Sequence record: SRR22947725_2318 | DNA length: 50,597 bases | Strand: one strand, 5' to 3' | Part shown: piece by piece, positions 12,101 to 18,945 of the stretch | Numbering within the stretch: the first letter of the stretch is position 1 | Layout of the letters: each line of letters starts with the position of its first letter | Program-made: the position numbers and the translations under genes | The notes under the pieces: generated by a model | Told to the model about the DNA's origin: nothing | Databases searched by the model: none | Seen by the model: only the letters and a program-made list of their open reading frames with translations

Positions 12101-12152
12101 GACTTACCCAACGAATATTGACGAAGTGTTGCAAGGGATTATTGAATAGCAT
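9105..12152 (-). CDS. large secreted hypothetical protein with a C-terminal PVC-type beta-sandwich domain
   Basis: 1015 aa with a signal-like N-terminus. The C-terminus 'GVTFDVRGLIHL..HFLHGAGW..YYSDG..VADWW..WNNPHPEK..PFMLAIT' resembles a module I recall from PVC kinases and hydrolases. Confidence 0.7.
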   Translation of the reverse strand: MLFNNPLQHFVNIRWVSLNCLVILSCTGAWSQEHQRVKSPKPEDALPSNAIVHAKIKNPLDLFFQAETLIKDTLPDAFIPSPFRVLMEQEHPLLSVLGMFNNGEALDTEELENQTGLDLRGDITLSIYPGDPSKFFILSLGLSDARTFMSLAGQAEGPFQAERVSIGGYDMLKAELEMGPLKSCFGLTSNGRLYISGEPSLLLLLRDKEGYSRLSEDPHMSDVIQKAKDLDIFISVHPGLAKPLLGQIGLFKYLPISLLSQQKEALLKQISADERKAIDAQIKMQLPFSGMEELLNYAECVVTAAYQTTFESIASATESFEGFTLGIRGKSLTPGLTFMLHAGPHDPHKKTRPIPLKELESALERFPAQANQWSAEGQTPNKIPSIWITQTLEKLRHLLEARDLRTTWLDQLQKTHNDQIILQPMESQSDWTLKVAAKVKDTPHPRNYDSLRTFLSDWTKEQYQPAYRQVFIAPDSGPDLFTQHLIQQKFVLENSRKQAFQKLEPYQRQGWIDQIYRVNTQKKEGDVSELTWENVWLTKSGLFGFNQHELIHRKVYLARKIDNHLVYHQDSGSQEWLENFEWQSGSRMPGSARALLNIVPEGSHSISFIKLNDTLPTAIHALSSMEALAHRDIHAYLEKAQSAIENIDQTDETAIKNALASIPFSPLLAAVNQDPASGKVYGLLPGNIAFPRPRMAPLLEDIIEDYEAIATDVGGIMTYVKQHDNTSEFGILHHTGGLSSLIKIIGNSLAENYLRNPEGIQTLMSRAMTPLDMNPDKRKQTLLKNPQWLFMENIKEGMNEAPGHTGHKTAAGPRKPIPTRADHTPDQCIPLDAYYNAALDDNFHLGGLEGNDLASFPKGTVDLAGVTFDVRGLIHLNGQQIQTVSSIDYPQKVTNIIIGRKAEHLHFLHGAGWPSEEGQTIAKWTIYYSDGTENVIRVHYGKDVADWWTAPDAPSLSGSQAAWEGENAATRESSMQLRLFKKAWNNPHPEKVIKAIDYTSSMKDSSPFMLAITAD

Positions 12153-12167
12153 AACGAGTTGTTACTT

Positions 12168-12205
12168 ATACCTTGAACTACACTGAGATGTTATGAATTG
12201 TTTCA
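12168..12205 (-). promoter_or_regulatory. two overlapping ECF-type promoter candidates
   Basis: Minus strand: CATAAC-N17-GGTAT (12195-12168) and TGAAAC-N17-TGTAG (12205-12178). Confidence 0.45.
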
Positions 12206-12343
12206 GATTATAATTGCCGACTTCCAAATCATATTTAAATCCATTTTCAAAACTTGAGTTCTATACAAGCTAGCCTTGGGATTTCGTAGCAAATTCTTCC
12301 TTTCTGGAAATCAACAAATTGCTATAAAAAGGCGAGTGGCAAT

Positions 12344-12374
12344 AAAAAAAGGAACCTGACGAATCAGGTTCCTT
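12344..12374 (-). terminator. intrinsic terminator after the DUF1080 gene
   Basis: Perfect stem AAGGAACCTGA-(4 nt)-TCAGGTTCCTT followed by a U tract on the minus strand. Confidence 0.85.
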
Positions 12375-12418
12375 CACAAAATAAATGGCTTGAGAGGGGA
12401 AATTATCTCCCCAGAAAC

Positions 12419-13225
12419 TTATTCATCATATTTCCCAAGGCTACGAATCCAGATGTTTCTGAATCGCATGGGGTTGTTATGGTCTTGCAAGTGAATGGCG
12501 CCATGAGGTGGGTGTTGTTTATTGTAGGTTCCAACTTGACGATGGAGGCTGGGGCCTGAGTATTCCTTTTTGTGGTGCAAGAGAACGCCATTGTGTATGA
12601 CGGTGACATTTGCTTTCTTGACCAGCTTTCCATCTTCCCATCGTGCGGTTTCAAAAATAATGTCATAGCTCTGCCAGGCTCCTGGAACTTTGCTGGCATT
12701 TACCAATGGGGGTAGCTGACCATACATCGCACCTGCTTGACCGTCCGCGTAGGTTGGGTTGTTGAATGAATCCAGGACTTGCACTTCATACATGCCGTAA
12801 ATAATGACACCACTGTTGCCGCGACCCTGACTGTTGCCTTCAACTACATGGGGGGTGGCGAACTCAATGTGCAACTGGAAATCCCCAAAGTGATCCTTGG
12901 TTTGGATCGATCCCGATTTAGGCGCCACTTCCATGTAACCATTCTCGACTTTCCAACCGGCTGGCTTGTTACCTGTTTTCCATTTGGAAAGATCGTGTCC
13001 GTCAAAAAGAATGACGGCATCTGATGGAGCTGGAGCCGAGTGGCTGAATGTGGTTCCTGGAGTGACGACTTTGGGAGCAGGACGGTTGGCATCATGCACG
13101 CGCCATTTTTGCCCGGGAATTTCAGGTGTATCCGTATAACCGACAGGGGAGTCTGCTGCTTGTGCAACAGATAAACCTGCCACCGCGATCATCACATTGA
13201 GAATAGAATGCTTCATAAGTTTCAT
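12419..13225 (-). CDS. DUF1080 family protein (3-keto-disaccharide hydrolase-like)
   Basis: Signal peptide, LFDGHDLSKW, GNSGV, YEVQVLDS, WQSYDI and LQDH...FRNIWIR. Confidence 0.92.
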   Translation of the reverse strand: MKLMKHSILNVMIAVAGLSVAQAADSPVGYTDTPEIPGQKWRVHDANRPAPKVVTPGTTFSHSAPAPSDAVILFDGHDLSKWKTGNKPAGWKVENGYMEVAPKSGSIQTKDHFGDFQLHIEFATPHVVEGNSQGRGNSGVIIYGMYEVQVLDSFNNPTYADGQAGAMYGQLPPLVNASKVPGAWQSYDIIFETARWEDGKLVKKANVTVIHNGVLLHHKKEYSGPSLHRQVGTYNKQHPPHGAIHLQDHNNPMRFRNIWIRSLGKYDE

Positions 13226-13355
13226 ACTGTAACTGAAGTCGATTTTCTGTCAGTTAATTGAGATAAACGCAAGCTGAATCCGCACATCATCTGTTTAATT
13301 TAAAAAAATGGTGAAGATGACAAGCAATGGCCCAGTCGCTTCAGGTCGGGAATGA

Positions 13356-14303
13356 TCAGGGTGTGATTTGTCCTCGGATTTCTCCCCCTCCATTGCCGGT
13401 GGTATGGATGTTAATGTATGCCTCTCCCGACATGATGGCTTGAGCCGTTGCATCCGTCACCTCCGTGCCCCCCATGAAGGTGCCAGAGCGGGAGTTTTCC
13501 GGCTGGTGCAGGTCTGTTCCGCTCAGAGCAAACAATACGCCGGAATTAGTGCCTTTGGGTGCAGGTCCATGGATGTGAGCCGCAGTGAAGTCCGATTGCA
13601 AACCTTCATAGTGCACATTGACCGCAAGGTAATTTCCATCAAGCGAGACGGAACCCGATCCATGCGCTTTGGTTGTCACAGCAGGAACCTCCTGACCACC
13701 CCTTAAGAATACCGTGAAGGTCTGTCCGCCTGAGCCGTCACCCACGCGATAAAACATCGTCGGACCGTCGGCACTTGTTTGGTAAGGGCTGGAGGCATTG
13801 TCCACGGGAAACCATGGGCCCAGAGGACTTCCAGATGATTCCAGAGTCCCGCCTTCCTCCCACGTCAGTGTCAGATCGTTGCCGTCTGCCTGAATGAACA
13901 ATGTCGTGGAAACAGGCTCCGGCGTGGGTATGTCAGGAAAACTGCCCGCAACCCCCGGGTTGGTTACTTGAGCGCCAGCTTCTGCGATGCCGTCGCCGTC
14001 AGGGTCCCCTAATTCAAGACCATTTGAGAAACCATCTCCGTCTGAATCCATGGAAGCAAGCACTTCACTCCAGAAAGGTGCTCTGCTCCCACCCACAATG
14101 GACCGCACCTCATCCCCAAACGGAGTCCTCGGACCACCCCCAGAGCTTCTGATGTGGCAACTTGCGCAACCCAGTGAGTTACCGTTGGGTAACATTGCCA
14201 CTCTAAAACTTCTCGCATGTGCTTTTTCGATGAATGCACAATGCAGAGCACAACCAACAAGCAGCAAGACCGAATAAATCCATTTACTGTTAAAAGATTT
14301 CAT
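13356..14303 (-). CDS. secreted Temptin-like/CxxCH domain + CHRD domain protein
   Basis: Signal peptide; LPNG..CASCH..GGGPRTPFG..W..DSDGDGFSNGLELGDP; C-terminal CHRD (QEVP..AAHIHGPA..YINIHT..GEIRGQI). Confidence 0.85.
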   Translation of the reverse strand: MKSFNSKWIYSVLLLVGCALHCAFIEKAHARSFRVAMLPNGNSLGCASCHIRSSGGGPRTPFGDEVRSIVGGSRAPFWSEVLASMDSDGDGFSNGLELGDPDGDGIAEAGAQVTNPGVAGSFPDIPTPEPVSTTLFIQADGNDLTLTWEEGGTLESSGSPLGPWFPVDNASSPYQTSADGPTMFYRVGDGSGGQTFTVFLRGGQEVPAVTTKAHGSGSVSLDGNYLAVNVHYEGLQSDFTAAHIHGPAPKGTNSGVLFALSGTDLHQPENSRSGTFMGGTEVTDATAQAIMSGEAYINIHTTGNGGGEIRGQITP

Positions 14304-14655
14304 AACTTTCTCAAATAATTTGCCCCATCCTGCACGCGAGTCAACCCAGCCTTGAGTTTCAAATGATTTTTCATGATTGTTTTTTGAATGAAAAATAAAT
14401 ACGGATACCGACGCTCTTTAAGTTTGTTTCATGAACAACGCACCATCACAATAATCCTGACAAAATTTTAGTCATTCAAAAAGTGAGCATGATTATGACG
14501 CGTGAAAAACTTGCACTGACCCCTGGCATGGGGGTGATTTCTGAAAAGCTTCCCAAAGGAGAAAGCTTTTTCGTAATCATCAAATGTTTCCAAAATCAAA
14601 TTGCAAATGTGTATGCCCTTTGGCGATTTTTGATTGTCATCTTTTGGAGAGAATA

Positions 14656-14955
14656 TCAATTGTGCTTTGATCGATGCTTACTTAACGCTTGTCGGAGTTC
14701 GTCGAAGGTGAGCGCTCCATCAGTGTTCGTGTCGGCTGAGTTGAATAAGTTATCAGGATTAGCGGAGCGTTGAGCGGCTTGGGATTCGGTAAACTCTTTA
14801 TGGGAGAGCTCGCCATCACCGTCGACGTCCAGTGCTTGGAAACGCTTCTGGGCATCGTTCATGGCTTGTTTTCGCTTTGCAAACGGGCGCTTGCTCTGCG
14901 GGCTTGCACAGCCGGTGATTATCAAGGCCAAAAGTAGGAGTAGCAGTGTTTTCAT
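14656..14955 (-). CDS. EF-hand lipoprotein
   Basis: Lipobox IITGC and two EF-hand loops, DVDGDGELSHKE and DTNTDGALTFDE. Confidence 0.85.
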   Translation of the reverse strand: MKTLLLLLLALIITGCASPQSKRPFAKRKQAMNDAQKRFQALDVDGDGELSHKEFTESQAAQRSANPDNLFNSADTNTDGALTFDELRQALSKHRSKHN

Positions 14956-14970
14956 CAAAGATTTGAGACT

Positions 14971-16659
14971 TTAGGGGTTGGTGATGACACGGAAGTAATT
15001 CTTCTGCTTTCCATTGGGTACAATGGGCATAACCGTATAGCCGTAGTTTGCGGACGAATGAGCGGTTGATGAATACGGATACCATTCCAAGAGATCGTCT
15101 GAGCGTTCGATCTTCCACGAATTAGAAACCGACTCGTAAATAAGAGAATGAGTTTGATCGCTATTCTTGCGTATCTGCAATGAAGGCAACTGCTCGGAGT
15201 CTCCAGGATCGAGATGGTTCAGGGAAGTGTTCTCGTCGCCCTCCCGGTAGTCGACGTAGTTGAATCCCAGAAGATACATTTCGTCTGTGGTCTTGCCTCC
15301 CCACCCGCTCGCCTTCGGGGGCATGCTGGGGTTCATGGGATTATCAGCCGTGTTGTCGTAGGTGGCGATGGCATGGATGGTCGAACCTTTGTCAATTTTT
15401 AGGTATCTTGGCAGGGGGTAGTCCCCCTGCCAATTGAAGTCCCATGAATCGATTTTGAGAAAATTTTGGCGATTGCCCTCGGGATCGATGGCGTAGATTT
15501 CCCAGCTTTTCCCAAGCAAATGGCAGTGTGGATAGATACTGATGAGGCTAATGTCTTCCTCCACGTTCCAGATACCGTGGAAGCGGGAGATTTCGTCAGG
15601 AGGCAGTTTGAAGAGTGACCAGCCTTCGAGCCTGCCGCCGAAGCCTTCTCCTAACCGACCAGCAATATTGCCGCCGTTTCCGGCCCCGCCGAAACCGTTC
15701 TGGCCGAATTCTTCGGCAAGTTCTTGGACAACGTCGAGACGTTCTGACAGCTTGAGCTCTGGAGGTTGTAGTGTGTCTTCCTTAACGAGATCGAAGGGCA
15801 TCATCTGGCGTGTTTTGAGATAGCGCTCCACAGGCTCATCGGCGAAGAACAGGTTGACGCCGGATTGATCGGAATCCCTCACCGGCCATGGGGCATAGTG
15901 GGTTTGCATGAGAATGTCAGCACCGGCTGGTAGTTTAATGCCCACCCCTTTTGGTAAACGTAGAGGAACCGCGCCAGGTGTGTAGCCGGGGAGCTGAGCT
16001 TGGGGACTGATAGGTATGCCAAATCCGCCAAAGACTTCGTAACCAACAAGCGGATCACTCGCATCGCTCTCGCGCGCCTGTCCCGTGGTATCAAAAGCAA
16101 GCAACCCGTGATGTAAGATGGTGCGGTTGCCTGGGCGGAACTCGACGCCAACGAGATCGCGGTCTTCGTCTAGCCCGGTGGGCAATACAAAGACGCGGTA
16201 TTCATCTGCATTACTCCCCTTGATCTGATAGGGTTCGTCGACACGTAAGGTGAGGTCGGGGTTGCCCAGGGCGGAACCATTGGGGAACGTGGGAATGGGT
16301 GCTTCCAAAGCCGGGTTGCCCTCCGGCATCCCGGCTTTGATCCACTGGTCGATGGTTTCGACCTCTTGATCAGTTAACCCGCGCTCACCCAAAAACTTGA
16401 ATTTGCTAAATTCGCGATCAGGCATCCAAGGTGGCATGTAGCCCTTGCGCGTGACACTGAGAATGGTGTAAGCCTCGTCACGTACTTCTTCAAAGTTTGT
16501 CAGCGGAAACGGGCCGATTTCGCCAGCACGATGACAAACGGTGCAGTTGTTGTAAATGATGGGCGAGATGTCCTTGGTATAGGTAACTGTGTTTTGGCCC
16601 GTCAGGGGGGGCAGACAAATGAAAGACAATGTCAGTGCTGTGATAATCTTTTTTTTCAT
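14971..16659 (-). CDS. cytochrome c-fused copper type II (PHM/DBH-like) monooxygenase
   Basis: Likely start is MKKKIITAL (signal peptide) at 16659. Contains CTVCH + MPPW, and candidate Cu ligands LHHG, QTHY, PHCHLLG, DEM; also WDFNWQ. Confidence 0.88.
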   Translation of the reverse strand: MKKKIITALTLSFICLPPLTGQNTVTYTKDISPIIYNNCTVCHRAGEIGPFPLTNFEEVRDEAYTILSVTRKGYMPPWMPDREFSKFKFLGERGLTDQEVETIDQWIKAGMPEGNPALEAPIPTFPNGSALGNPDLTLRVDEPYQIKGSNADEYRVFVLPTGLDEDRDLVGVEFRPGNRTILHHGLLAFDTTGQARESDASDPLVGYEVFGGFGIPISPQAQLPGYTPGAVPLRLPKGVGIKLPAGADILMQTHYAPWPVRDSDQSGVNLFFADEPVERYLKTRQMMPFDLVKEDTLQPPELKLSERLDVVQELAEEFGQNGFGGAGNGGNIAGRLGEGFGGRLEGWSLFKLPPDEISRFHGIWNVEEDISLISIYPHCHLLGKSWEIYAIDPEGNRQNFLKIDSWDFNWQGDYPLPRYLKIDKGSTIHAIATYDNTADNPMNPSMPPKASGWGGKTTDEMYLLGFNYVDYREGDENTSLNHLDPGDSEQLPSLQIRKNSDQTHSLIYESVSNSWKIERSDDLLEWYPYSSTAHSSANYGYTVMPIVPNGKQKNYFRVITNP

Positions 16660-16672
16660 AAACGTGCGTTCG

Positions 16673-17185
16673 TTAGAATTTAGTGAAGGGAATGAAGCAA
16701 CCGATGGCTTCGGTGCTTTTCGGCTCAACGGCTTCGCCTTTGGCGAGGGTTTCAAGAACTTCGAGGAGATCGTGCGAAGTCGTGACGCGGCGGCGTTTGC
16801 CGAAGTCGGCGTAGGTGTTGTCGATGCGGCCTCGGTAGAGTGTCTTGCCTTCCCGGTCAAGGACGACGACTTCCGGGGTCACCTTTGCTCTCAAATGATG
16901 CGCTTTGCTTAGACTCGAATCGGGTTCGATGGCAAATGGGATCTTAAACTTGGCCTTGAAGGCGGCCACGCTTTGCTTCGTGGCTTTGCTAGAGGAGACG
17001 TAACCACGAAAGGCGATGCCTTCCTTCGCGTAGCGCTCTTGGAGTTTAGAGAGCGTCTTGGTATGATAACGTGCAATGGGGCAGTCTTCCTTCAGGAAGA
17101 CATGCACCGTTGCAATGGGTATTGGCTTCTTGTCTCCAACAGCAACCGTGGCGAGAAGGAGAAGGATTGTGGTGATAATCTTCAT
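16673..17185 (-). CDS. secreted redoxin / AhpC-TSA family (PRX-like) protein
   Basis: Signal peptide, FLKEDCPIA, AKVTPEVVV, YRGRIDN and C-terminal AIGCFI. Confidence 0.88.
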   Translation of the reverse strand: MKIITTILLLLATVAVGDKKPIPIATVHVFLKEDCPIARYHTKTLSKLQERYAKEGIAFRGYVSSSKATKQSVAAFKAKFKIPFAIEPDSSLSKAHHLRAKVTPEVVVLDREGKTLYRGRIDNTYADFGKRRRVTTSHDLLEVLETLAKGEAVEPKSTEAIGCFIPFTKF

Positions 17186-17192
17186 GCCTCCC

Positions 17193-17220
17193 ATACCCGT
17201 GGGAGTTACAAAGCGTTACT
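17193..17220 (-). promoter_or_regulatory. ECF sigma promoter upstream of the redoxin-monooxygenase genes
   Basis: AGTAAC-N17-GGTAT, 7 nt before the ATG at 17185; matches the motif upstream of the sigma gene. Confidence 0.65.
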
Positions 17221-17237
17221 GGGCAATGAAGATTTCT

Positions 17238-17636
17238 TCAGTGAACCGCCTGACGACCCTCAAACACCTGCTGCAGCAGTGGCAGGTCATCGCGCACGGC
17301 ATTGTGGAATTCTATCTGCTGCTCGTCAGTCAATTCGGCGAGAATGCCCTGACGGGTGTCTGTCAGAATCTTCCAGAAGCGGGGCCGAAATTCCTCGCGA
17401 AGACCTTGTTTTTGTTCCCGGAATTCTGTGAGGATCTGTGCGATTTTTTGGTCTTGTTCGGGCGGCAGGGAGAGTTTGGCGAGGCTCGCATTAAGCCGTT
17501 CCGAAAAAATCGATGGCCGTTCGAGTGCTCTGGCAAGCATATTGCGGTAGGTAATCCTTGTTCCTGTGACACCGGTGATGACGCCTGTCAGGAAGAGTAT
17601 GACAAAGGCAATAATGATTTTCTGTTTTGTGTTCAT
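17238..17636 (-). CDS. membrane-anchored helical periplasmic protein (Spy/CpxP / heavy-metal-sensor-like)
   Basis: N-terminal TM helix and repeated L-x-L-x-x-E-Q motifs (LSLPPEQ, LTDEQQ). Confidence 0.7.
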   Translation of the reverse strand: MNTKQKIIIAFVILFLTGVITGVTGTRITYRNMLARALERPSIFSERLNASLAKLSLPPEQDQKIAQILTEFREQKQGLREEFRPRFWKILTDTRQGILAELTDEQQIEFHNAVRDDLPLLQQVFEGRQAVH

Positions 17637-17935
17637 GGTGTGATGACAGTATTGAATTCAGAATTCCAAGCGCTGGCCAACTCTTCGGTGCCTGCTGTAA
17701 GGCTGGGGAGACCACTGGTATACATGATTACCTCCGAGGTTAGAAAGGCCGCAACGACAAAGGTCGCAGCCCAAGCCAGTTTCGGGAGGAGGAAATCAAT
17801 CGTGATCACATTGTTAGCCGAAGCTGGCGCGGTCAGCGACATGACTTGATCGGTAAAGTTCTCCGGAGGCGCGACAGCGGGCGCTTCACGAGCGGTGCGG
17901 AAGAGTTTCTCAAGTTTAGGTTCGTTGTCTTTCAT
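17633..17935 (-). CDS. putative single-TM anti-sigma factor
   Basis: ATGA overlaps with both neighbours; 'LEKLFRTAR..PPENFTDQVM' followed by a TM helix. Confidence 0.75.
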   Translation of the reverse strand: MKDNEPKLEKLFRTAREAPAVAPPENFTDQVMSLTAPASANNVITIDFLLPKLAWAATFVVAAFLTSEVIMYTSGLPSLTAGTEELASAWNSEFNTVITP

Positions 17936-18507
17936 GGGGATTCTTGAAGACGAATCAGGTTATCGGTAAGTTTTTTTTTGGCGCGATGGAGGGCGACGCG
18001 AATGGTTCCTGCCGCTTTGCCGGTGAGTTGACCGATCTCTGGCGACGTGCGCCCTTCGATCTCAGCCATGGTTAAAATGACCTGTTCATCCGGGGTGAGG
18101 TCCACCATGCAGCGATTCAATATTTCCCGCGCTTCCATGGCCTCGAGCGGGGCGGAGTTATCTTCCTGTTGAAGCCATTCAAGAGCGCCTTCACCGAGTT
18201 GGGAAAACGGCACCTGGTGGCGAAAGCGTTTCTCAGCACGCACATGATTGAGCGCCACGTTCGTCGCCATGCGGGACAACCAGTTTTCAAAAGGTGCTTT
18301 CAAAGGGTCGAATTTCTCCAGTTGCCGCCAAGCTTTGACAAAGACGTCCTGCGCCATGTTCTCCACACGACCGCGGTCACGCTCGTAGCGTGAAAGGATG
18401 GCAAAGACGCGTTCTTGGTATCGCTCGACCAACTCGCAGAATCGCTCAGGGCGACCCGACAGGATCGAACGTACGCAGGCGGCGTCTTCCTCAGCTATAG
18501 CGGACAC
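17932..18507 (-). CDS. ECF RNA polymerase sigma-70 factor
   Basis: Region 2 (LVERYQ..AQDVFVKAW..FENWLSR) and region 4 (EIGQLTG..GTIRVALHRA). Confidence 0.95.
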   Translation of the reverse strand: MSAIAEEDAACVRSILSGRPERFCELVERYQERVFAILSRYERDRGRVENMAQDVFVKAWRQLEKFDPLKAPFENWLSRMATNVALNHVRAEKRFRHQVPFSQLGEGALEWLQQEDNSAPLEAMEAREILNRCMVDLTPDEQVILTMAEIEGRTSPEIGQLTGKAAGTIRVALHRAKKKLTDNLIRLQESP

Positions 18508-18520
18508 ATTTATACTCTCT

Positions 18521-18548
18521 ATACAAGGGAGGCTTCTGAAGTGTTACA
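18521..18548 (-). promoter_or_regulatory. autoregulatory ECF promoter
   Basis: TGTAAC-N17-TGTAT directly upstream of the sigma GTG start. Confidence 0.65.
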
Positions 18549-18945
18549 ATGAATCTTTGCTGGCTATCGCCGATCTTTATGTTTGAAATCCCTTTAACGT
18601 TAGGAACCGTTTGAGAGTCAATCAAGCGGTTCTCAGTCTGTCCTTTTGATACAAAGGCATCGTCATGGAGTTAAGAGGACTGCGGCTGCAAGTTTATCGC
18701 GGAGGAGAATGCAGGGATCGAATCTGCAACTTTCGAGTGGACGCACCCCAGAGTCACGGCGTCAAATAGAACATTTCTCAGTGACTTCGTTCATGGAATA
18801 CCCAGCACGGCTGAGGGTAATCTTCTGCTTGTGCGTGCTTGCCTCCTTGTTTCCTCAAGGAGGCAAACCGCTTAATGCTTCCGAGGAAAGTCAGCCTTCC
18901 CTGCGGGAGTTGCTTCATTAAATTTGAAATAACGATACCTTATGC

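Noticed and set aside
14424-14438. Near-palindrome TTGTTTCATGAACAA
   Set aside because: Wrong spacing for a LexA box, lies in AT-rich DNA and is single copy; could be chance.
14468-14659. 63-aa ORF abutting the EF-hand gene
   Set aside because: TTG start, AT-rich, no motif; not supportable as a gene.
16660-16860. N-terminal extension of the 629-aa ORF in the track
   Set aside because: It overlaps the redoxin gene in another frame, and a signal peptide starts at ATG 16659.
17076-17849. 257-aa plus-strand ORF
   Set aside because: Antisense shadow of three coupled minus-strand genes, with no recognisable motif.
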